This document shows, in pieces, positions 39,017-46,624 of a stretch of 64,000 nt of DNA (the first letter of the stretch is position 1; each line of letters begins with the position of its first letter). The DNA is from Candidatus Parcubacteria bacterium (GTDB lineage Bacteria > Patescibacteriota > Patescibacteriia > Patescibacteriales > BM507). The DNA lies in the NCBI GenBank assembly GCA_002869265.1, contig PKTH01000005.1, positions 1,423 to 65,422 of the forward strand. Reading direction: 5' to 3'. The notes under the pieces were generated by a model that was not told where the DNA came from, did no database searches, and was given only the letters and a program-made list of their open reading frames with translations. Both the position numbers and the translations under genes were made by a program.

Positions 39017-41125
39017 ATGAATATAAATAATAAACTCTCAGACGCAAAAGAATTACTAAAAATTCACTTTGGACACAAGGAACTTATACCTGGACAAGAA
39101 GAAGCAATCACAAACGTCCTGAATTCAAATAACACCGTTATCATAATGCCCACGGGTGGTGGGAAGTCTATGTGCTATCAACTACCTTCGTTGGTTCTTG
39201 ATGGAGTAACTCTTGTTATATCTCCTCTTATTTCTTTAATGAAAGACCAGGTAGACGCTCTCCTAAAGAACGGCGTACCAGCTACATTTATCAATAGCTC
39301 TCTTAGTGTTTCAGAGACCGCCAATAGAATAGAAGAGATAAAATCTGGCAAACATAAAATAATCTATATCGCTCCAGAACGTTTTTATAACAAAGAATTT
39401 TTTGAAATGATAAAAGAGGTGAATGTCTCCCTCTTTGCGGTTGATGAGGCCCATTGTATCTCACAGTGGGGTCACGACTTTAGACCAAGTTATAAAAGGT
39501 TGGGTTCAATCGCCGAAAATCTAGGGTCTCCACCCATTATCGCCCTAACCGCCACGGCCACCCCTGAGGTAAAAGAAGATATCGTCAAACAGCTAAAACT
39601 AGATAAGCCAAAGGTTATAATAACTGGCTTCGCCCGAGAAAATTTACAGTTTGGAGTTTTTAATACCTCCAAAAACATGAAGAGCAAACTTATCCTAGAC
39701 GCAGTAGATGGTATCCCAGAAAAGTCTGGGATCATATATGTTGGAACAAGGCAAAAAGCGGACGAGATAGTCCAAAGTTTATTAGATAGAGGCGTTGAGG
39801 CTGCTTCTTATCATGCTGGCATGGATCAAGAAAGTAGAAAGTGGGTTCAAGAAGAATTCATGAAAAATAAATTTCAAGTCATTGTCGCAACAAATGCCTT
39901 TGGAATGGGGATAGACAAAGAAGACATTAGATTCGTTATTCATCATGATCTGCCTGGCACTCTAGAGGCATATTATCAAGAAGCAGGAAGGGCAGGACGT
40001 GACGGTAAAGAGTCGTACTGCCTTCTATTATATTCATCATCGGATAGATATCTTCGTGAGTTTTTTATTAAAGGTGATAATCCCTCTCAATATATAGTAG
40101 AAGAAGTATATGATCTCTTAAAGAGCTATGAGAGTGACACAGTTTTAATAACTTACTCTGAGCTAAAAAAATCACTCTCAGAGGATGTTCCCGAAATGGC
40201 AGTTGGCACTTGCATAAAAATTCTTGAACATGAAGGTTTTATAAAAAGATCCAGTGAAAAAACAAGCAGCGCTTTCATTCGAGTCCTTGAACCATTTGAA
40301 AGAATCTTTGACAAAATAGGAACAAGGGCCAAAGTGCAAATAAGGATTCTTGAAAAACTTCAAAAAAGGTTTGAAGCTGAATTACTTAATGGCTGGGACT
40401 TGAATCTTGAAGAAATAGGCGAAATAATTGAAGAGAAAAAAGATTCCATTCAAAGAGTAGTAAAAAAGTTATCTGAATTAGAGCTCTTGGAATACCGGCC
40501 ACCATTCAGAGGAACAGAGTTAAAAATCATCAAGAGAGTAGAGATAGATGAAATGGACATAGATTTTAGTCTCCTAAAGGAAAAAGCTAAAAGCGCTTAT
40601 ATAAAACTAGACAAAATGGAGGAATATGTTTATGAAGATAGGTGCAGACAAAGATATATTTTAGAATACTTTGGTGATGACGACAAACACAACTGTGGTC
40701 GTTGTGACCTCTGCATCAGCAAAGGAAATGTTATAAACAAGGGTTTCCAACAAAAACAATCAAAAACTTTTTATAGGAAAAAAGAAGTTAAAGAAGTAAG
40801 TTTTGACGCCCCCGTTGCCGGAGCGAATCTCTCAACCAAGCTCACTCAGTTTGAAACCCTGGATTTATACAAAAGCGGCTTAGATATAGACGATATGGCA
40901 ATGACTAGAAATCTTAAACCTGATACCATAGTAGAACATCTATGTTTTTTAATAGAAAAAGGAATGGATGTAAACATAGACAAGTTTGTAACGCATAAAA
41001 AACAAAAGGAAATAAAGAAAATAAAAGAGGAAATAGGCAATTCAAAACTAAGCATAGTCAAGGAAAAACTTGGAAATGATTTTACGTGGAGAGAAATTAA
41101 ACTAACAATTTCAACTTTAAAATAA
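39017..41125 (+). CDS. recQ: ATP-dependent DNA helicase RecQ
   Basis: ~702 aa from the ATG at 39017 (track start 38924 is a TTG). PTGGGKS, DEAHCISQWGHDFRPSY, a zinc-binding CxxC cluster, and a C-terminal helix-rich DNA-binding-like domain. Confidence 0.9.
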   Translation: MNINNKLSDAKELLKIHFGHKELIPGQEEAITNVLNSNNTVIIMPTGGGKSMCYQLPSLVLDGVTLVISPLISLMKDQVDALLKNGVPATFINSSLSVSETANRIEEIKSGKHKIIYIAPERFYNKEFFEMIKEVNVSLFAVDEAHCISQWGHDFRPSYKRLGSIAENLGSPPIIALTATATPEVKEDIVKQLKLDKPKVIITGFARENLQFGVFNTSKNMKSKLILDAVDGIPEKSGIIYVGTRQKADEIVQSLLDRGVEAASYHAGMDQESRKWVQEEFMKNKFQVIVATNAFGMGIDKEDIRFVIHHDLPGTLEAYYQEAGRAGRDGKESYCLLLYSSSDRYLREFFIKGDNPSQYIVEEVYDLLKSYESDTVLITYSELKKSLSEDVPEMAVGTCIKILEHEGFIKRSSEKTSSAFIRVLEPFERIFDKIGTRAKVQIRILEKLQKRFEAELLNGWDLNLEEIGEIIEEKKDSIQRVVKKLSELELLEYRPPFRGTELKIIKRVEIDEMDIDFSLLKEKAKSAYIKLDKMEEYVYEDRCRQRYILEYFGDDDKHNCGRCDLCISKGNVINKGFQQKQSKTFYRKKEVKEVSFDAPVAGANLSTKLTQFETLDLYKSGLDIDDMAMTRNLKPDTIVEHLCFLIEKGMDVNIDKFVTHKKQKEIKKIKEEIGNSKLSIVKEKLGNDFTWREIKLTISTLK

Positions 41126-41844
41126 TGGACAATAATACTGAAAAAAGATTACTAAATATAGTCAAATCAAACTACGATATTATTGGTAAACATTTTTCCG
41201 AAACAAGAAAGAAAGAAATTTGGCCCGAATTAAAGAAAATTGCCAAGCAGGTAGAAGAAAACTCAAAGATTCTAGATTTAGGTTGTGGCAATGGAAGACT
41301 ATTAAGAGCCTTTGATTCTAAAAACCTAGAATATTTTGGGATCGACCAAAGTGAATCATTAATAGAAGAGGCTATGAAACAATTTCCAAATGATCATTTT
41401 TTAGTTGGAGACATTTTAGACCTTAGTAAAATTGATTTAAAGAAGAATAAACTTCCAAAAAAGTTTAACTTTATTTTTTCTATAGCTGTTTTGCAACATA
41501 TCCCAGGAAAGAAAAAAAGAATAGAATTTCTCAGAACACTTAAGAATTACTTGGAACCAGATGGAGTGATTGTGTTTTCCAATTGGAATATGTGGGAAAT
41601 CCCAAAATATAAAAAGCTAGTCTATAGAACATTTTTTTTAAAAATACTGAGAAAAAATTCCTTAGACTTTGGCGATGTTCTCTTTGATTGGAAAAATAGC
41701 AAAGGAGAGACAGTGAGCCAAAGATATTATCATGCTTTTCGAAAATACGAACTTCGTTCTCTTTTTAAAAAAGCGGGCTACAAAGTAAGGAAAAATTACA
41801 AAGATAAATTCAATTTTTATACAATTTTATCAATTAAGACCTAG
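41125..41844 (+). CDS. Trm9/ALKBH8-like class I SAM-dependent methyltransferase (putative tRNA mcm5U34 methyltransferase)
   Basis: 239 aa. Blocks are collinear with yeast Trm9 as I recall it: HFSETRKKEIWP (HFSQTRYKPWP), LDLGCGNGRLL (IDVGCGNGKYL), FSIAVLQHIP (ISIAVVHHWS), RYYHAFRKYEL (RYYHLYREGEL). The start overlaps the recQ stop. Confidence 0.65.
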   Translation: MDNNTEKRLLNIVKSNYDIIGKHFSETRKKEIWPELKKIAKQVEENSKILDLGCGNGRLLRAFDSKNLEYFGIDQSESLIEEAMKQFPNDHFLVGDILDLSKIDLKKNKLPKKFNFIFSIAVLQHIPGKKKRIEFLRTLKNYLEPDGVIVFSNWNMWEIPKYKKLVYRTFFLKILRKNSLDFGDVLFDWKNSKGETVSQRYYHAFRKYELRSLFKKAGYKVRKNYKDKFNFYTILSIKT

Positions 41845-41922
41845 ATTAATGGTCTTGATTAATTTCAAATGTCGTGTTAACATATTTTTAGCTCCTGGGT
41901 AGGAGTTTTTGCTTTCAGATAC

Positions 41923-41996
41923 GCACTTGTAGCTCAATTGGATAGAGCACTTGGCTTCGGACCAAGGGGTTGTGGGTTCGAGTCCTACCGGGTGCA
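41923..41996 (+). tRNA. tRNA-Arg (anticodon TCG)
   Basis: GCACTTG-TA-GCTC-AATTGGATA-GAGC-A-CTTGG-CTTCGGA-CCAAG-GGGTT-GTGGG-TTCGAGT-CCTAC-CGGGTGC-A. Confidence 0.88.
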
Positions 41997-42008
41997 CACA
42001 ACATATTT

Positions 42009-42082
42009 GGCAGGGTAGCTCAGCTGGTTAGAGCGCGACACTCATAACGTCGAGGTCGCGGGTTCAAGCCCCGCCCCTGCTA
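42009..42082 (+). tRNA. tRNA with CAT anticodon (elongator Met, or Ile2 if lysidinylated)
   Basis: GGCAGGG-TA-GCTC-AGCTGGTTA-GAGC-G-CGACA-CTCATAA-CGTCG-AGGTC-GCGGG-TTCAAGC-CCCGC-CCCTGCT-A. It lacks the initiator features (no C1:A72, no GGG/CCC anticodon stem). Confidence 0.85.
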
Positions 42083-42114
42083 CTAACAATGTCACAAGCA
42101 ATTGTGGCATTTAT

Positions 42115-42187
42115 GCGCTGTTAGCTCAGTTGGTAGAGCAGTTGCCTCTTAAGCAAACGGTCGCAGGTTCGAATCCTGCACGGCGCA
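42115..42187 (+). tRNA. tRNA-Lys (anticodon CTT)
   Basis: GCGCTGT-TA-GCTC-AGTTGGTA-GAGC-A-GTTGC-CTCTTAA-GCAAC-GGTC-GCAGG-TTCGAAT-CCTGC-ACGGCGC-A. Confidence 0.9.
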
Positions 42188-42547
42188 CAGAAATATAAAC
42201 CCGTTTTTACGGGTTTTTATTTTTGGGTGATGTGCATCGTGAGAACCTGCCTTGCGACAAGTGCCAGGATAGAGTGGTGCTTTGCTTCTAGGTAGGAATA
42301 CAAAATATAATAACAAACACTTACGATTTGGGTGTTAGGGTTTACTCTTTCGAATCCTGCACGGCGCACAATAATAAAGTCCACCTCTTGTGGGCTTTTT
42401 TGTTGGGATTGTGCAGATGAGAACTTGCTCTGTGATAAAGAGTAAAGACTATAAGAACGTTGCTTGTCAGCAGGAAGTTTGCTCAAATAGATGTTTGTCC
42501 GATTAGGGCGTTGGGATTTAATCCCTTCGAATCCTGCACGGCGCACA
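42168..42547 (+). repeat. Tandem ~180-bp array carrying three identical copies of the tRNA-Lys 3' end
   Basis: TTCGAATCCTGCACGGCGCACA occurs at 42168-42189 (inside the tRNA), 42349-42370 and 42526-42547. Each copy is followed by its own hairpin+T-run. The two inter-copy segments are recognisably related (TTGGGTGATGTGCATCGTGAGAACCTGCC vs TTGGGATTGTGCAGATGAGAACTTGCTC). Confidence 0.8.
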
Positions 42548-42680
42548 ATAAAATCGTAGTGAAGGCAACGGTTTTTTATTAGAAAATTTCTCAAATATTA
42601 TAAAATAAACAACTTCAAGCACAACAAAGCTAGAGTTTTTTCTAAGTGATATACATTTACCACATTCCCACTCTGAGAAA

Positions 42681-42708
42681 TTGACAAAAATAAAATATAT
42701 GTTATATT
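42681..42708 (+). promoter_or_regulatory. Sigma70-type promoter for the NUDIX gene
   Basis: TTGACA, 16-nt spacer, TATATT. Confidence 0.5.
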
Positions 42709-42772
42709 GTTATGTCGTTCATTTTACTTCCAAGACAGTAATTATTCTCAATAAATAAAAGGAGAAAAAATA

Positions 42773-43447
42773 ATGACTACTCTGATTAAGACGATAAAAG
42801 CAGATGAGCAAGACAAGAGAAGTTGGACAGTTGAACTAAATGGAAAAAGACTTGAAGAAGTTGAAACCGTAAGAATATTTAATGAAAATTTTGGAGAACT
42901 AAATTACGGCATGACAATTCCTGGCTATGACGGTATTTCTTTTCATGAGAATTCTGGAGGAGGTGTCGTGTGTGTTCCTTTTGTGGTCATTGATGGAAGA
43001 TTGTACATTGGTATGGTTCAGCAGGAAAGACACAATCAAGGAGGAAAGGTCTGGAACCTACCCAGAGGTTTCATTGACCCCGGAGAAAACCACTTTGAAG
43101 CCATGGCGAGAGAATTTGAAGAGGAGATTAGATACTCTTCTCCTGATAAAATGGTAAAACCACTTTCAGGTGATCCGTGTAATCCGAATAGCGCCTTCTT
43201 CGAGACCCCCAACAAAAATGAGGGGGTAAAATTTTTCTCAATTGAGGTGTTACCGAAACAACTAGAGCTGGAAAGTATCTCTGGAGGCTTTCGCTTTCGA
43301 TCTGGAATTCTGAAGCCCCTAACAAAAGCTGCAGAACAAATATATTCTTGTCGCTTTTTCCCATGGAGGGAAACCTCCTGTTCCTCTGATATGTTTACAG
43401 TTGCTGGCATAGCAAGATTGCTATCTTCTCAATTTATTAGCCTTTAG
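42773..43447 (+). CDS. NUDIX hydrolase
   Basis: 224 aa. NUDIX box GGKVWNLPRGFIDPGENHFEAMAREFEEEI (Gx5Ex7REUxEExGU). AAAGGAG SD and a terminator hairpin follow the expected positions. Confidence 0.8.
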   Translation: MTTLIKTIKADEQDKRSWTVELNGKRLEEVETVRIFNENFGELNYGMTIPGYDGISFHENSGGGVVCVPFVVIDGRLYIGMVQQERHNQGGKVWNLPRGFIDPGENHFEAMAREFEEEIRYSSPDKMVKPLSGDPCNPNSAFFETPNKNEGVKFFSIEVLPKQLELESISGGFRFRSGILKPLTKAAEQIYSCRFFPWRETSCSSDMFTVAGIARLLSSQFISL

Positions 43448-43619
43448 GCACACCTTATGAGCTGGGTATTAAAATTCCCAGCTCTTTTTTTTAGAAGTTT
43501 TAAAAACTCGAGATGTAACCAAAATTCTATAGTCCTTATAGATTTTGTAAAAATTCTCAAACAAAAAACTCTAAGCTAAAACTTAGAGTTTTTTTATAAA
43601 ATCTTTTTTGTTTTTAATT

Positions 43620-43946
43620 TTACTCTCCTTCAGTGTATTCGTTGGTTTCCTGAGGCGCTTGGTCAAGTTTTCCCTTTAAAGCGTCTTTTAGGGTTTTGCC
43701 AGTTTTAAACTTAGCAACTTTTACTTCAGGAATTTCAATCCTTTCACTTGGGTTTTGTGGGTTTACACCACCTCTAGCATGTCTAGTTCTAGCCAGAAAA
43801 GTTCCAAAGCCAGTAATTGTTACTTCATTACCTTCTTTAAGCTCTGAAATAATGATGTCCACTAAGGACTCTAGCATGCTTTCTGCTTGTTTTTTGTTTA
43901 CCGATGCTTTCTCGGCAATTTTTTCAATCAAGCTTGCTTTATTCAT
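43620..43946 (-). CDS. hup: HU-family DNA-binding protein (with an acidic C-terminal tail)
   Basis: 108 aa. MNKASLIEKIAEK...GFGTF..R.R.AR.G.NP.. Confidence 0.9.
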   Translation of the reverse strand: MNKASLIEKIAEKASVNKKQAESMLESLVDIIISELKEGNEVTITGFGTFLARTRHARGGVNPQNPSERIEIPEVKVAKFKTGKTLKDALKGKLDQAPQETNEYTEGE

Positions 43947-43995
43947 AAGTTTAGATAAAAGCTAAAATGCTTTTATATTAATTGCTTATTGTAAA

Positions 43996-44793
43996 CTATT
44001 TAATCGTTAAGTTTTTATTAATTCTTTTTATTTTTTTTGCTTTTCCACTCTTTGAATCAATTTCTACCAAAACTGCATTCATCATTGCTTTCCCACTGTC
44101 TGGTATTTCGTGGCTTGACCTCATTTGGCTTAAAAATGTTTCGATAACTCCCTCGCATTCTATCCCTATACAACCATCACTGTAGCCAGACATGCCAACG
44201 TCACTAATATAAGCTGTTCCCTCTTTACTAACCTGTTCATCCGCTGTCATAACATGAGTATGAGAGCCTAAAACCGCACTTACCCGGGAATTTGCATATC
44301 TAAACATAGCTATTTTCTCAGATGTTGCTTCAGCGTGTATATCAAGAATTATAGCAGAAAATTTTTGTTTTGCAAAGTTAGCCAAAATTTCGTCCAATTT
44401 ATGGAATGGACAGTCATAATCCATTTTCATAAACACTCTGCCAATAAGACTTATAAACAAAACCCTACTCTTTCCTTTATTTATAACAACATAACCATCT
44501 CCTGGAGCATTTTTAGAAAAATTTGCCGGTCTAAGTATGGGATATTTGCCCCCATAAACTTCTTCTAGCTGGTGTTTTTCATCAAAAGAATGATCTCCTC
44601 CAGAAAAAGCATCAACCCCACCTTCCATCAATTCATTTAGTATGTTTTCATTAACCCCTCTACCGTGAGCAGCATTTTCAGGATTTGCAATTACTAAATC
44701 TATTTTATTTTCTTTTATTATTCCTGGTAAAGCCTTTTTAACAATTTCCCTTCCTGGCCTACCAACAATATCTCCAATAAATAATATTTTCAT
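43996..44793 (-). CDS. ymdB: YmdB-family metallophosphoesterase (2',3'-cyclic-nucleotide phosphodiesterase-like)
   Basis: 265 aa. MKILFIGDIVGRPGR start and GDH/GSHTHV metallophosphatase motifs. Conserved position downstream of rny. Confidence 0.85.
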   Translation of the reverse strand: MKILFIGDIVGRPGREIVKKALPGIIKENKIDLVIANPENAAHGRGVNENILNELMEGGVDAFSGGDHSFDEKHQLEEVYGGKYPILRPANFSKNAPGDGYVVINKGKSRVLFISLIGRVFMKMDYDCPFHKLDEILANFAKQKFSAIILDIHAEATSEKIAMFRYANSRVSAVLGSHTHVMTADEQVSKEGTAYISDVGMSGYSDGCIGIECEGVIETFLSQMRSSHEIPDSGKAMMNAVLVEIDSKSGKAKKIKRINKNLTIK

Positions 44794-44866
44794 ATTTTTA
44801 TGCTAACATAAGTTCATTTTTTAGGCAACAAAAAACACATTCCTTAAAATGTGTTTTTTGAATATT

Positions 44867-46381
44867 TTATCTAGCGTATTCAATGACTCTCATTTCCCTA
44901 ATAACATTCACTTTTATTTCTCCTGGATATTTTAGTTCTCCCTCAATCTTTTTAGCAATATCCTTTGCCATGTTATGTGCAGCTAGGTCATCTATGTTTT
45001 CAGGGCTAACAAAAACCCTAACTTCTCTACCAGCCTGAATTGCATAAACCTTTTCCGTCCCGTCAAAAGAACCAGCAATTTTTTCAAGCTCCTCTAGTCT
45101 TTTGATATATCTTTCATAAGTGTCTTGTCTAGCTCCTGGTCTAGCCGCTGAAATTGCGTCAGCCACCTTTACTATAACCGAGATAATGCCCGCTGGCTTA
45201 TCATCATGGTGTGTTTCGATTGGATCAATTATTTCTTGAGGTAAGCCAAATTTCTTTGCAATGTCTCTTCCGATTTCTGGATGAGTTCCTTGAACCTCGT
45301 GGTCGACCGCCTTACCAATATCGTGTAGTAGACCACCCTTCTTAGCTAAGGTAACATCAACACCAAGTTCACTAGCAATTAGGGCTGATAAGTGAGCAAC
45401 CTCTATTGAGTGGGCCAGGGCGTTTTGGCCATAGCTTGAACGATACTTAAGTCTTCCGATTATCTGAATTAGTTTTGGATCAAAACCAGTTATACCAATA
45501 TCATACATAGCCTCTTCACCAGCCTTTTTAATGTCTAGAGCAAGCTCTTTTTTGGCAGTTTCAATTGCCTCTTCAATCTTTGTTGGATGAATCCGACCGT
45601 CTAGAACCAATTTCTCTAAAGCCTTCTTGGCAATGTGTCTTCTAATTGGCGAAAACCCTGAAACCGTGATTACGTTAGGGGTGTCGTCAACAATAATCTC
45701 TGTTCCTGTTAGTCTTTCGATTACTTTAATATTTCTTCCTTCCCTACCAATGACTCTTCCTTTTAATTCATCATTTGGTATTTCAACAGAAGTTGTAGTC
45801 ACCTCTGACGTGTAGGAAGACACGAGTCGCTGCATCGATGATGTTATTAATTCTTTTGCTTTTTCATCAATAACCTCATACGATTCGCTTTCAAGTTTTT
45901 TTATTCTGCTCATCAAATCATCTTTTGACTGCTCTTCAATGTTTTTGAAGAGGACATTCCTAGCTTCATCTTGAGTCATGGCGGCAATTTTTTCTAATTT
46001 TTCAAATTGCTCTTCTCTAATTTTTTTGATTTTTTCCTTAGCTTCCTCAATTTGATTTAGCTTGTCATACATTTTTTGCTGTTTGTCTTGAAGCTCGAGT
46101 AATTTTTGAGAGAATGAATTTTCTCTTTTCTCAAGCCGACCTTGCATCGTTTTGATTTCTTGATGCCTTCGACTTTCTTCTTTTTTTGCCTCTTCAATAA
46201 TTTTCAATGCTTTTTCCTGGGCCGCTAATAGTGATTGTGATTGTTTGGATTTTGCATCTAATAGAATTTTTTCTGCTCTTTCTTCAGCTGACTTCACCTT
46301 TGATGAAACTCTCTGTTTTCTAACAAAATAACCAACAAAAAAACCGCCTATAAGCAACACAGAATACAATAAATATTCCAT
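44867..46381 (-). CDS. rny: Ribonuclease Y
   Basis: 504 aa. N-terminal TM, coiled coil, KH domain (GRVIGREGRNI), HD domain (LLHDIGK). Confidence 0.92.
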   Translation of the reverse strand: MEYLLYSVLLIGGFFVGYFVRKQRVSSKVKSAEERAEKILLDAKSKQSQSLLAAQEKALKIIEEAKKEESRRHQEIKTMQGRLEKRENSFSQKLLELQDKQQKMYDKLNQIEEAKEKIKKIREEQFEKLEKIAAMTQDEARNVLFKNIEEQSKDDLMSRIKKLESESYEVIDEKAKELITSSMQRLVSSYTSEVTTTSVEIPNDELKGRVIGREGRNIKVIERLTGTEIIVDDTPNVITVSGFSPIRRHIAKKALEKLVLDGRIHPTKIEEAIETAKKELALDIKKAGEEAMYDIGITGFDPKLIQIIGRLKYRSSYGQNALAHSIEVAHLSALIASELGVDVTLAKKGGLLHDIGKAVDHEVQGTHPEIGRDIAKKFGLPQEIIDPIETHHDDKPAGIISVIVKVADAISAARPGARQDTYERYIKRLEELEKIAGSFDGTEKVYAIQAGREVRVFVSPENIDDLAAHNMAKDIAKKIEGELKYPGEIKVNVIREMRVIEYAR

Positions 46382-46624
46382 ATTTTTTCTTGTTGTTAGG
46401 AGGTTTTGCTTTTAAAATTTACACTAAAAAACAACCAAAGCTATCTGGTTTTTATTACTAATTATGAAATTTTTATAGTATTTACCTTTCACAATTTAGC
46501 TAATTTTAAACAATTTTCCAAAAATTCAAACTCTCCCAACGCTTCATTATATTTTTATAAACAATTTTATCAATACATTCGTTTTGATGGTTTTATCCTA
46601 ACATATAAACATACCAATGGCAAA

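Noticed and set aside
42213-42347. A shared paired G-tract motif (GGGAUUU...UUGGG / GUUAGGGUUU) linking the tRNA-array spacers to the RNA modules at 1 kb and the leader at 63.8 kb
   Set aside because: The matches are short. G-tracts stand out in any AT-rich background, and I could not derive a consistent secondary structure across all loci. This is too weak to claim without a statistical model. Only the resemblance between the 1-kb and 63.8-kb loci is mentioned, as tentative.
42217-42594. 125-aa minus-strand track ORF downstream of the tRNA cluster
   Set aside because: It spans the tandem tRNA-Lys 3'-end repeats and their terminators. Its internal repeats (RRAGFE...) are just translations of the repeated DNA. 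It has no SD.
42773-43447. NUDIX hydrolase as cargo of an element integrated at tRNA-Lys
   Set aside because: No fourth copy of the tRNA 3' end (or any direct repeat I could see) follows the gene, and no integrase or excisionase is present. It has an ordinary private promoter and terminator. I kept this only as a remark in the tRNA-array finding.
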